From NCBI GenBank assembly GCA_009103225.1, contig RHPI01001715.1:958011-1022010 (forward strand): DNA of 64,000 nt. The letters run 5' to 3'. This document shows, piece after piece, positions 12,083 through 24,664 of this stretch. The notes under the pieces are model-generated. The model ran no database searches. It was not told where the DNA came from and saw only the letters and a list, made by a program, of their open reading frames with translations. Numbering within the stretch: position 1 is the first letter of the stretch; each line of letters begins with the position of its first letter. Made by a program: the position numbers and the translations under genes. Origin of the DNA: Chlorokybus atmophyticus (lineage: Eukaryota; Plantae; Mesostigma and Chlorokybus algae).

Positions 12083-12868
12083 AAACTAGCGGTGCGGCTA
12101 ATTGGGCGGGATTGGGCCTACCGGCCTGCCGAAAGGCCGACATTAAGGCACAAAGACACATCACGCGCACTGAGGGCCATCAGATACGGCACCCGAGACG
12201 ACTTGCCGGCGTACGGAGCAGCCCGCCTACCTCTCATTGGCGATGCGACGTTTATCAGCAATTGGCCATTCGATTTATGTTACACAGATCTCAACCTTTC
12301 AAAGCACATCCCCATATCTTGCAATTGCACAAAGTATATGCGAATGAATCGAAGAATCCATTCTTTATGAGCACAACATGCACGGTGCACATATGCGTTG
12401 TACAGTACAGTCCACCCCTGTTAAAAGACTTCGGTTAAAGAGTATAACCCCGCTTGTAGCATACGATTTGAGATCACCAACGATTCTACAGGCAAATGTT
12501 AGTGCTTCAGAGAATATGAACAACCGCGAAGAGCATACAAATTCTTATGACATTTTTGCAAGTTTAAGTGTGCATATTCTTAACATCGAGGGAGTAGCGC
12601 GTGACGGGTTTGTCATAATGCGTAATGAGTGTGATGGACAAGGCGTGATGGGTACAGTGCAACGCGTAATTAGCGTAATGAGCGTGACGGCATAATAGAC
12701 GTGACGTAATGCGCGTGATGGGCGTGATGGGCGTATTAAACTGTTTTATAGCATACAGATGCTCTTAATGTATAAGAGCATATTATACTCTTTATTGCCA
12801 AGAGCATAACCCCGCCAGGAGCAAACCATCTTGAAGACAAATAGTATGCTCTTAAGGGGGGTAGACTG
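12083..12868. mobile_element. MITE copy 1 (right part only), TIR ending GGGGTAGACTG|TA
   Basis: Near-identical to 13429-14222. Confidence 0.75.
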
Positions 12869-12918
12869 TACAATAAATGTTTCAATGTTATTAGGTACAA
12901 CTATGTATCTTAATTATA

Positions 12919-14222
12919 CAGTCTACCCTTTTGTAAGAGCATACTGTTATCCTTAGAAATCGTATGCTCTTGGCAGGGTTATGCTCTTGGCGACTAAGAG
13001 CATAATATGCTCTTGAACGTTAAGAGCATATATATGCTATAAGCGCAGATTCATTCCGCCCATCACGCCTATTGGTCGGGCCGGCCTGTCGGCATTCAAC
13101 CTACATCACACATCCCGCGAGGGCCATCACACGGCACCAGCGATTGCCGGGCTGCGCGGCAGTATGTGCGGCCCGCTTGCTTCTCATTGGCTAGGCGGCG
13201 AGAACAAGCGTTACACCGTTAGATCTGCAAAACGATTTTGGCCGTCCAAAGCACATCCAATCATTTTAACGCATGCCAATAAATGTAGAATCAAGGACGG
13301 TTCTGCATACGTGGCCGCTTATGGCTGCATGTTGATCATTTTGATGTGTTACAGTAATAATATGCTGCAATATACTGCTTATATGGTGCAACATGGCTAG
13401 CAACCTGCAGTTAAGTGTTACAAAACTTAAACTAGCGGTGCGGCTGATTGGGCGGGATTGGGCCGGCCGGCCAGCCGGGAGGCCGGCATTAGGGCACAAA
13501 GACACATCACGCGCACTGAGGGCCATCACACACGGCACCCGAGACTACATGCCTGCCGCGCATACCGAGCAGCCTGCCTGCCTCTCATTGGCTATGCGAC
13601 GTTTATCAGCTATCAGCCATTCGATTTGTGTTGAACAAATCTCAACCTTCCAAAGCACATCCCCATACTATGCAATTGCACAAAGTATATGCGAGTGAAT
13701 AAAAGAATCCATTCATTTTAAGCACAACATGCACGGTGCACATATGCATCATGCGTGCGTTGTACAGTTCACCCCCGCTAAAAGACTTTGCTCCAAGAGA
13801 ATAACCCCACTTGCAGCATACGTTCTGGGATCACCAACGATTCTACAGGGTAATGTTAGTGCTTAAGAGAATATGACTAACCGCGAAGAGCATGTTATTT
13901 TTCATGACATTTTTGCAAATGTCAGTGTGCGTATTCTTAACACTGAGGGAGTAGCGCGTGACGAGTGTGTCATCAGGCGTAATTAGTGTGATAGACAAGG
14001 CGTGATGGGTACAGTGTCATGCGTAATTAGCGTCATGAGCGTGATGGCATAATACGTGACATAATGCGGGTGATGTAATGGGCGTGATGGGCTGCTTTAT
14101 AGCATACAAATGCTCTTAATGTTTAAGAGCATATTATGCTCTTTTTAACGCCAAGAGCATAACCCCGCCAGGAGCAAACTATCTTTGAAAACGAACAGCA
14201 TGTTCTTGAAAGGGGTAGACTG
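12919..14222. mobile_element. ~1.3-kb non-autonomous Tc1/mariner-pogo-type MITE (copy 2, complete)
   Basis: TA|CAGTCTACCC ... GGGGTAGACTG|TA; long imperfect inverted ends rich in AGAGCATA/TATGCTCT; no coding capacity seen. Confidence 0.8.
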
Positions 14223-14268
14223 TACAATAAATGTAATTAAGTACGTACCACTTTGTACCTTAATTGTA

Positions 14269-14721
14269 CAGTCTACCTCGCTATAAAAATCACGTGTATC
14301 TTTCATTTTATCAACGGGGAAATTCTCTTGGCATTTACAATAATATATACTGTTTTATTTATTACATAATATATAATTTACTGACAGGGGTATTGCAAAA
14401 TAACCGTAAGCCACGTCATTATGTTTTAACGTGGCATAAATTAAGTTAATAGTAGTCAATATTAAATCAATTATGTAACTATATATGAGTCTTGTAATAT
14501 GTGTATGCTTATAAATTTTAAAATAAACATGCCGTTAACGAGGTATTCCCTCGTAATAAGACTGAGCTCACACAGAATACTAACCCTTCGTTGTAGTCTT
14601 ATAGCGCACAAACTACTCCCCTATCGATGATATTGGCCTGTACAAGCATTGGATTTTTGCAAATCTATGATCTCAACGGGTTTATTTTCATAAACCGAAG
14701 TCTTTTAACGGGGGTAGACTA
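14269..14721. mobile_element. ~450-bp AT-rich MITE with the same TIR family
   Basis: TA|CAGTCTACC ... GGGGTAGACTA|TA. Confidence 0.7.
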
Positions 14722-14723
14722 TA

Positions 14724-15231
14724 TAGTTTACCTTTTTGTAAGAGCATACTGTTATCCTCAAAAATCGTATGCTCTTGGCGACTAAGAGCATAATATGCTC
14801 TTGAACGTTAAGAGCATATATATGCTATAAGCGCAGATTCATTACGCCCATCACGCCTATTGGTCGGGCCGGGCTGTCGGCATTCAATTTACATACATCC
14901 CGCGCTATGGCCATCACACGGCACCCGCGACTGCCGGGCTGCGCGGCAGTATGTGCGGCCCGCCTGCTTCTCATTGGCTAGGCGGCGAGAACAAGCGTTA
15001 CACCGTTCGATCTACCTAAACACGATCATGGCCGTCCAAAGCACATCCAATCATTTAAGCGCATGCCAATAAGTGTAACAATAAGCACAATTCTGCATAC
15101 GTGGCCGCTTATGGCTGCATGTTGATAATTTTAATGTGTTACATTAATGATATTGATAAACATGCTGCAATATGGTGCAATATGGTGCCATATGATTAGC
15201 AAATGCTGTTAATTGTTTTAAAACTTAATAA
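14724..15231. mobile_element. MITE copy 4 (left part only)
   Basis: Starts TAGTTTACC (mutated CAGTCTACC); near-identical to 12919-13430. Confidence 0.72.
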
Positions 15232-16185
15232 TCAACGTAACGTTCACGCCACGGTACGTGCTGCGATATACAGTATATAATGCCGAGGTTATGACCGTCA
15301 AAATAATGCTAACCTGAATTACCTTAACGTTAAGATTCAACTAAACGAAAAATTGCATCGTTAGGCCACCATTTGGTCACGCATGACATTGATCAAATGG
15401 GATCGCAACGGTGACAACAGCCAGTTGCTCAAAAAGGCAGCGAAATAGCCAATCATTGCCAAGATGCTTAAAAGATGCTGAAGAATATCTCAGCGGCAAC
15501 CGCTTACCAACGGCGACCCAAAATTGCTAGGGATTTGGTGCAATTGCGGCACAACTAGTGGTTAAAACGGCCGCGTTTTTGGCGGTACGAGGTCGGGGCA
15601 GGCCCCATACCCCAAACACATGCCGCCACTACTCACCCTCGTTCTAACTGATCCACTCTACCCTTAACGCTAATTGATTACACGCTATAGTTACTGCGTC
15701 ATCAAACATGGTCAACGGCCGAACCAACGTAACATTCACGCCACGGTACGTGCTAACATATATAGGAAGTAATGCCAAGGTTACCACCATCAAATAATGC
15801 TAACCTGGATTACTTTAACGTTAAGATTCAATTAAACAAAAAATCCGATCGTTAGGCCACCATTTGGTCACGCATGAATTTGATTAAATGGGATCGCAAC
15901 GGTGACGACAGCCGTTGCTGAAAACTATCTCAGCGGCGACTGCTTGCCAACAACGGCGACCCAAAATTGCTTGGGATTCGGTGCAATTGCAGCACAGTTA
16001 GTGGTGACAACGGCCGCCGTTTTGGCGGTACGAGGTCGGGGCAGGCCCCATACTCTAAAGACATGCCGCCACTACTCACCCTCGTTCTAACTGATCCACT
16101 CAACCATTTCACGCTAATTGATTACAAACTATAGTTACGTAACTAGTATACTGCGTCATCAAACATGATCAATAGCCAAATGACC
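15232..16185. repeat. Two tandem copies of a ~460-490-bp unit
   Basis: CAACGTAAC(G/A)TTCACGCCACGGTACGTGCT... starts at about 15232 and about 15725, with colinear similarity along the whole unit. Confidence 0.85.
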
Positions 16186-16599
16186 GCAGATAGCGTAGCA
16201 AACGGCCTTCGGTGACGTGCCGCGCGCGCGACCTGTCACGCGGCAGGGTAGGTCGCGGCAGTGCCGTGCGACCCACCTCACCTATCAGCACTGCAAGTAA
16301 TAAAGCATCTTACAAGAATGTGTTATGATATTACGTAATAACATGTTATGTAAAGCATTACCATTAGAAATGACTTTGATCATATCATAACATTGCTGGA
16401 TTAAACACTGTATTATAACATGGGCAACTCATTGTGATGTACAATGAGTTGCCCATCACTTGTTAGCACACATATCGCATTAAACGATATTAATAGTTAT
16501 TAATATTACGCATGAATACGATGTGAAATACGTACTGGCTGACGTATTGTGAAAAAACTACGAAAACATACGCGTACTTTGCCATACCATGTACTAGTA

Positions 16600-19500
16600 C
16601 ACGTAGGGTAAAGTGCCCTAATTTCGGGCAGTGACCTTATTTCGGTCACGCCTGTTTTTTGGCTGCTGTAAGCGCTGTGGGCCGTCGATCGCGGTGAGGG
16701 TTTAGGAGCTGTTAGATGTGGCTAACGCGCGTCTACTGGTTCAAACCCCATCCCGTTTGACCAAGTAGAGCGGCAGATTTGAATTTTTGAAAATAATTAG
16801 TTTAGGTAAATGCTGAGTCATCGTCCTTAACTGTTATAACTTTTGGCTGTGAACAAGTTTTGAAGTGCGGTTTGTTGCTGTGTGTTAGTTTAGTAATGAT
16901 GAAGCAACTTCTTTCAAAGTTTTATGCTGATTGGATAAGAATTGAGAAACTTAATATGTCACCCCTCCAAGTGTCGCCGTAACATTTTTAAGAGTTGGTG
17001 AAGGCGATAACTATTGAGTGGCGCGGGCTTTTAAGTTGAGGTTTTTCGCATTGTTTTGGTTAGTACGTAAGGCTGCTTATCATAAAGTTTCAGCTTAGTT
17101 AGATGAGTAACAAAAAAATTAATGTGCCACCCCTACCGCAACAATCGTAAAGTGCAAGCTTGTGCAAGTTGTATGAGTTAGCATCTGGACGGTGGCTTGC
17201 TGTTGTGGTTGTGTTAGTGTTGCGAGGCAAGCATAGGAGCGGTGGGCTTGCAATGCACGCGTGCAAGTGAGGTGAGCAGGGTGGAGGGCACACGGGGGTA
17301 GTGAGAAACAAAGTTGCATTCAAGTTTACAAGCAAAGCGCCTATGCCAACTCAGGTACGTTGCACTATGCTATGCCTATGCTATGCTCTTTTACCGTTTG
17401 GCTGAGACCAAGGTGTTATCATTGCCAAGTTGTTGTTGCTGTTGCGGCATTTCATCGTGCCTTATACAGTCAGGCATTGTGCTGCTCATAGGTGAGGAAA
17501 CGGGTTACCAACAAGAGCGTGCAGCAGCGACTAAAAGAGCTGCAGAGCAAGCCCAAGAGGGGACCATACATGAACAGGAAGGCCCGGGAGCAGCTGCTGC
17601 CTCAAGTAGAAGCTGCCATCCAAGCTGTGCAGCAAGGGTGCATGAGCGCACGAGTTGCAGCCAGGGAGGTGGGGCTGCCAGAGTCCATCTTTCAGGACTA
17701 TGTGGAGGACCCTGCCCGTGCGCAACAATACAAGTAAGCTGCAGTGCAACACACTCACTACTATCCTGCAGGGGGGCAGGGAGACCTACCTTGCTACACG
17801 ATAATGAAGAGATGAAGCTGGTGGAGCTGCTGACTTTCAAAAACGGCATAGGTTGTGCCACGACAAAGTATGATATTCAACTTCACGATGCCAAGCAACT
17901 CTGCTACGACCCCAAAAAAGACCAGTTCAAGGATGGCATACCTGGCAAGAGATGGGTGAGGAGCTTTATGAAGAGGCATAAGTTAAGCAAGAGAAAAGCA
18001 GAGCCAATGGACGCCAGCAGGAGGACGTCCTTCAAGCGATGGATAGTGAAGGACTACTTCAAGCGTTTGAAGGAGGTGCTGGAGGTGATGAAGATTGGGC
18101 CTGACAGGATCATATCGTGTAACGAGATAGGAATTGAGCCTGATTTTACCTTGAAGAACACCTGGGTCATAGTGAAGAGGTGAGTGAGGTGTGTGAGATG
18201 CTGGTTGTGCAATGCATGCACAGTGCTGACTAACACCTACCTATGCAGCAACTCGAAGTTTGCTCAACAGGATGTAAGCGGGGCAAGACAGCATATTATG
18301 TTGATGGCGGCTGTGACAGCTGCAGGGTACGCTACTCCACATACAGCAATCCTGGCAGGCAAGCATTTGTATTCTGAACGGGGAGAAGCATTCAATCTGC
18401 CTGGTGCCAGCCTAGGTTGCCAGGAGAATGCATGGATGACCACGGAGCATTTCGCCATTTGGATCGACCACCTGCAAATTAACATGCCTGGGAGCATTAG
18501 TCCTTTTTACTCGGCTCTCCTGATCTGTGATGGCCACGTTAGCCGATAATGTGTTGACACAATAGACATGTGCAAAGAGATGGGGTTGGAGATCATTGTG
18601 CTGCCACCCCACACGACACACAGACTGCAGGTGCTGGACGTTGCATGCTTCAGCAGCTTCAAGTCCGTGTACAAAAAGGAGTATCAAGCCTGGCTCAAGA
18701 CACACAGCAAGGTTAGACGGCTGCCTAACGAGGACTTCTTGAGCATGCTTGTGCCATGCTTCGTGCAAGGGCTGAGCGCCCATAACATACTCAGCGGGTT
18801 TAACGCATGCGGTGAGCACCCTGCTGCAGTATACTTACACATGCATGTGCATGCTGGCATGCAGTGTGACTGATGCATGCTTGTGCGTGCAGGGATATCA
18901 ACATTGGACGACACTGCAGTGGACAAGTACTCACCCCCAGAGCCGTCTAAGGGGCTGCTTGACGTCCTGGAAGAAGCCATGGAAACCGACCAACCAGATG
19001 CAGAGCCAGAGGAGGAGGAGGCTTGTCTGGATCAGGGTGCTTCAGCTGCCAAATCCAGTGCTCCCCCACCTAAGAAAAAGAAAAAGACTGGTATTAGGCC
19101 ATGCACAGCAGAGTGGCTGACACACGAGGACATTCACGACAGGCAATACCAGATAGAAAAGGAGCGTAGGTTGGGAAAGGAAGCTATAAGAGAGAGGAAG
19201 GAAGGCCCCTCTAGCAGCATTGGAGCGCACTGCTGCAGCTGCCGAGAGGGCTGAGGCAGCTGCTGCTCGCAAGGAAGAGTTAGCTCGCACAACAGAAGCA
19301 GCAAAGGCAAAGAAGGAGGCTAGCAAGCAAGCAAAGGCAGCAGAAGCAGCAGCACGACAAGAGGCACAAGCACAAGCAGCTAGACAGGAGGCAGCAGCAG
19401 CAAGACAACAGCAACAAGCGCACCGCCCACTCACTGCAGGAGAGCAGCGAGCCAAGATAAAACAAGAGGCCATTGACATTCTCGGCAGATGGAATTGGGA

Positions 19501-20308
19501 TGCATGCTCATGGGACAGTGAACGTCATGAACCCTTTGTGGAGTGGGCGGAGTGGCAGCTGTACCGCCTGTACAATGGCTGGCCCAGTGCCGCAGGCAAG
19601 CAAGCTGGCGCCAGGTGGCGTGCATACCGTGAGACTCACCCTAGACCCCCTCTGCCCCCTAGTACAGAGGCATACGACTCAGACTAGACTAGCTTAGGCC
19701 TATGCTTGACGCAAACAGCTGTACACAAACCATGCTGATGCTTACAACACCCACACCCATGTGCTTACCATGCATGCCGCTGCTGTCGCCGCCCACCTCG
19801 CCTACTGGCATATGTGCCTGCATCCTGCCTCGTTTGCTGACAGCTTTCTCCCGCCACAAAAAGGCGGAAAAAGGTTGACAGCCGCCTCACTGTGGCGGGA
19901 GCAGGCAGCTGTCAGAGCCAGCAAGGCCATCACCCTACATCCGCCACACCACGGTGATGGCTGACGGCATTCTGCCTGCTACACAGGCAAATGGGTGACC
20001 GAAATAAGGTCACGGGTCAATTTGACCTGCTGGGGATTACACATGCCCACTTGGCGCGCCATACCTACTGCTATACTGGTCAGAATTTACGTAAAAAATA
20101 TATACGTGTAGCTAACTTGATAAGCTACACATCACTCACTAACATCACCGCCAAAAAACAAACAGCCTGCTAGCTATAATAGGTCAAACCTTATTTGCCC
20201 GAAATTAGGGCACTTTACCCTAACATCACCGCCAAAAAACAAACAGCCTACTAGCTATGATAGGTCAAACCTTATTTGCCCGAAATTAGGGCACTTTACC
20301 CTACTGCG
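16600..20308 (+). mobile_element. pogo/Fot1-like DDE transposon with TA target-site duplication
   Basis: TIR GTAGGGTAAAGTGCCCTAATTTCGGGCA at 16603 and its reverse complement ending at 20304; TA flanks at 16598-99 and 20309-10; the terminal ~80 bp are duplicated at the right end. Confidence 0.88.
17343..19687 (+). pseudogene. pogo-family transposase (HTH_psq, CENP-B HTH, DDE_1), degenerate
   Basis: EAAIQAVQQGCMSARVAAREVGLP, GRPTLL..EE, PGKRWVRSFMKRH, IISCNEIG (D to N), ALLICDGHVSR* (in-frame TAA), LPPHTTHRLQVLDVACFSSFK. Confidence 0.85.
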
Positions 20309-21333
20309 TACTTTGTAACTATGGTCTGCAGGTCCTCCGCCTCAAGGCGGCAAGATCTAAATGTAGTCACCCTATTTCCTGTGTTTCAGGACAGGAAACT
20401 GAGTGAAGTCAGGCCACCAGCGCGGGGCTATCTTTTTCCGAGCTGGCACGAGGCCGCGCAGCCTGAAAGAGATCCTCGCAGCCGCGTTCTCTGAGAACGC
20501 GGTGACACCACTGGCTTTCTTCCGATGTCAGATCACGCACCTCCCGTCAAATGATTGATCGACACTCCGAAGGACGGAAAAAGTTACCACAAACGCATGA
20601 TAACCAGCGTCGACCTCTGCACAGTTGAGGGCGGACGGACTCCGAGGGCCGCAATTAGGCCAAGTCCCATAATTACATAGTCCCCATGTCCCCGCCAAAC
20701 GTGCCCACCAGGCCGAGGGTTTTACGGTCGAGATGGGGCCTTTGACCAGGCGACCCTCTAACCGACGGTTCAGATGCTCCCAACCGCCTCCAAGAGCGAG
20801 AAACGAGAATAAATCTGTTGAAAGCGGCGGAGGATTTATTTATAATGAAACCGCTATACCCAATCATGCTTTATTTCCGTCCATTTTCCAACCAGAAAGG
20901 GGATGCGTAAATCGGGGGCTTGGTCGTCAGCACGCACATGGCTCCTCGCTGACGTGCATGCCCACACCACTAGCCTCAAGCTCACGTCTCCAAGCTTGCG
21001 GCTGGCCAACACACACATAGCACAGCGCAGCACTGCTTTGGCTTCACCAGCCAAGCGGCTTGTCAGTGTGTGTCAAAGCGGCGGCGGTGGTGGTGGTGGC
21101 GTCTGTAAAGAGCTTGTTTGCTTGCTCGGTGGTAGGTCGCAGCTTGGGTTAGCTAGTGCGGCAGGGCTTGCCAGCTGTTGAGCGAAGCATGCTTGGCGAG
21201 TGCCGAGGCTTGTTGAGGTTGTCGTCCTGAGGTAGCTGGGTCGTCGGGGTCGTCGGGTTTGAGCTGGTCAAGGAGGAGGGGAGCATAGAGCAGCAGGCGC
21301 TCAGCACTGTCTGCTTCGCTGCGTGCCGGTGCA

Positions 21334-23280
21334 ATGGCTGTGTTGCTCACAGAGCTGGACGTGGTGCGCACCGCTGCCACTGGTGGCAGCGAACCCATGG
21401 ACACGGCTGCTGCTGGTCAGTGTTGACAAAACAGCTGTGTGACTGTGACAATTGGGTTGACTGGCACCGGCAGTGAGCAATCCCTACACAATTGCTTATC
21501 TTAGCCACGGAACGCAGCTCACGATTGCTCGGTGCTGGCTGTTGCTTGCCACTTGTGCGTCCACTGTCATGGTCATCCGCTCGGTTGCGATCCACGCGCT
21601 GACCATGACGTTTTGCTTGGAAACGTCCTTGCGTTGACCTTGCAGCATTGTTTATCGGCATCACCTGCTGACCTTGTAACATTGCTCACTTACGATTGAC
21701 TTACGGTTGCAGAGCATAGCGACGGTAGTGCAAGCGACACCGAAAAGGTACCATGCTTGTGACCTATGTAGTTCTTGTTTGATGTTTTTCTTCTTCTTCT
21801 TCTTCTTCTTCTTCTTCTTCTTCTGTGCCAAGCTGTGTGGATCGTTACTTGGTTTTCAATAGCACAGTGATATGGCTTGCGTCGTTGGCTACTGTGACAG
21901 CTGCTCAGCAATGTTGCGTGCTGATGGTGACTGTATTGCATTTGGGACAGGATGTTTGCTGGATCTGCCTTCAGCATGAAGATGCGCTTTGCAGAGAGAG
22001 TAGCAACGGTGCTCAACCTCAAGGGGAGAACAAGCCAGCGAGGCGTTGGCGGGTGCGCTAACTTACAACATACCCAATATTGCTCAGAGCATCTGGAATG
22101 TTGTCAACGTGCTTTTAGTGTAATTGCACTGAAACACCCCGCACATTCAACAAGTCGGTTTCAAAGTAGTGAAACCTTTTTCTGCAGGAGCCACTGGTGA
22201 GCGGCACATGCAAGTGTCCACGCCACGTGCACATGCGGTGCCTGGCGCAGTGGCAGCTGCGTTGTGCAGGAAAGCGTCAGGAGACGCATTGCCAGTTCTG
22301 TGACTCGCAACTGCCGGACTGGAGAACAACTCTTCTGGATCCGGCCTTCATTGGTCGCAACATTGGCATTCCGGTTACATCGAGCGCCATGCAATGCGCC
22401 GTTATGAATGTTACCTTTCAAGGGCAGCGCTACTCCTTCCCAGCGTCCACTGGCTCTGATGGACTCACATCCTTTGTGCAGCAAGTCCGCAATGCGTGCA
22501 GTAAGTTCGCAGATTTGTGATGTGACAGTCCTTGAGGACTGCAGTGAACCCAGCTATTTGCTCCTTGTTCACATATCAATACGAGTCTAACTCTCCAGTT
22601 GCTATAATTTGTGTGACCTACTGGCCTAACTGGCTACGATTGGCTTGCAGGTCTCCCCACGGATGTAGATCTGGACATGGAGTTCAAGTGCATCGACCCA
22701 ATCAGCGGCTTTCCACTGACACTGCGTGGGATGGGTGCATTTGACACTGCTGTGCGCTGTGCGGCTATCAACGCCTTTTATCGGGAAATGCGCTCTGCAA
22801 ACGCCAGTGCAGCAGCTGCACGGGTATGCTATTGATCTAGCTTGTTCTGTCTAAGTCCAAACAGTGTTGAAGACATACAGTTCTGATTGAATTTGCTGCT
22901 GGATAGGCGGCGTCCAGCGCTGCAGCAGTGGCAAGCGAGACGAGTCAACCACTGAACAATGCCGCTAGCGACATGACTGCTGCTTCGTGCGCTGAGCAAC
23001 AACAGGAGCAACCTCCACAACCTGTTACTGGCCAGGGACGACGCGGACGAGAAGGACTGGTCTCTCCTACTTCTGGTACTGACATTGCTTGCATGCTACA
23101 GACACGATTACTGCAGCATGACATTTTGTTTGCCTGCAACCGATAAACAGGCTTCATGATGTAATGGCCCCAATTGGCGCAGTGACAAGTTGCCTAATGC
23201 TTTTCACTTGGTACAGGCCGGTTCTCCAAGCTGCAGCGGCGGCTGAGGAGGTCATAGATCCACACACAGTGGGTTGAGTT
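21334..23280 (+). CDS. RINGv (RING-CH) zinc-finger protein, multi-exon; start and end approximate
   Basis: DVCWICLQH ...|EPLVSGTCKCPRHVHMRCLAQWQLRCAGKRQETHCQFCDSQLPDW, followed by VTFQG..FVQQVR..|DLDMEFKCIDPISGFPLTLRGMGAFDTAVRCAAI. Confidence 0.75.
21786..21824. repeat. (TTC)n microsatellite
   Basis: About 13 consecutive TTC units. Confidence 0.95.
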
Positions 23281-24664
23281 GTACACTAGTTGTTGACACA
23301 GCGGCTGAGCTTGCATGGGCGATGTCACAGGCATGCTTCCATGCAGCCTGCCAGCGTGTGTCCTGCTAATCTGGCCTCCTCACATGCACACCTATCATGA
23401 CGAGAGAGGCAACCCAGCCCTGGCACTTGACTTCCCACTTCGTTGCGCATATCTAGGATGTTGTTCGCGGACCCGCAGGCCAATTGGAGGCCATATTATG
23501 GGTGATTGCTCTATTGTACTTGCGCCCAGCCACAGCAAGGCTGCAAGGTTGCTCGTACACTTGCGGCACGCTTAGCTTTGTGTCGTGGCTATCCTCTTAC
23601 GGACAGGTCGTAGCATGGTGTATGACATAATTTGCAGATGGTGCGCGCGCATTTGCGCGCATCAAACACACTGAATAAAGGGTTTTGGGTATGCTGCATG
23701 TCTCACACTTGCACTTTGCGTGGACTTCATACTTGTTGCGAATACAGCCGGGGAATGGTGCCAAGCAGCCATGCGACGGACAAATTGACATGGTTTGATC
23801 GTAGTGGCGGCTTAAAGTCAACAAGTGTCTGAGTTGTAAGTTCTCCCTTGGGCCCAGCAGCCTAATTGATTGCTTCCATGCCTCTATGCTTGTGACTGCT
23901 ACTTGCATTGCTTGCTAGGACATCTTCCCACAGATTGTGCCTCGCGCAACTTTTATTGTGCGTGTGTGGTGCTGCAAGTGCGACTACATCAAGCTGAAGA
24001 GTGCCGCACACACACGAGAGTGATACGTACTGGTGTATGAAGACCTAATTATAAGCTACATGTCGGCATGCATATGGTGTGCCGAAAGCATGGTGACCTG
24101 CAATCAACGGCAGTCACGTCAGACAGTCAGACCATGCACTTAATCATACAACCGCCGGGCTAATCGTTCTCACCTACGCATCACACGCTACTCGCTAAAC
24201 TAGTTTTGCTGCCTATCCCGATCAGTCATGCATGCATGTAGGCTTGGTTGTCACCTGCCACAACCGCCAAAGCATGGCATCTGCGTCCACTCCACACCAT
24301 GTCGAGGACGACCAGTACACTCCCCCCGCCGCCGCTCCCAACCATCGCCGCTGCAACTGCTGTCGTATGCAGCAATACTGCGCACACTAGCGCAGCAGCG
24401 TATGTGTGCTAGTTTACACATACGCTGCTGCGCTGTTTGTACACATGTTGCTGAATATTGTATACATCAAGATTACTACAAATTTGCAATGGCGACATCT
24501 ATGAACAGTCTAATGCTCATACTACTCATAACAACCCTTTATTACCGCAGGAAATCAAACACAAGATGTAACTTGGATGTAACTTGGATTGAGACTGAAA
24601 GGTAATTAACCAAGGGGATTAAACAATCAAGCTTAATGGTATGTGTTTTCGTTTATGAACATGT

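Noticed and set aside
16730-16780. tRNA T-loop-like GGTTCAAACCC
   Set aside because: It is one arm of a local hairpin in the pogo subterminal region; there is no cloverleaf or A-box.
20310-20900. Structured ncRNA (hairpins CCGCC..GGCGG and TTTCCTGT..ACAGGAAA)
   Set aside because: Short stems only, with no recognisable family or promoter/terminator signature.
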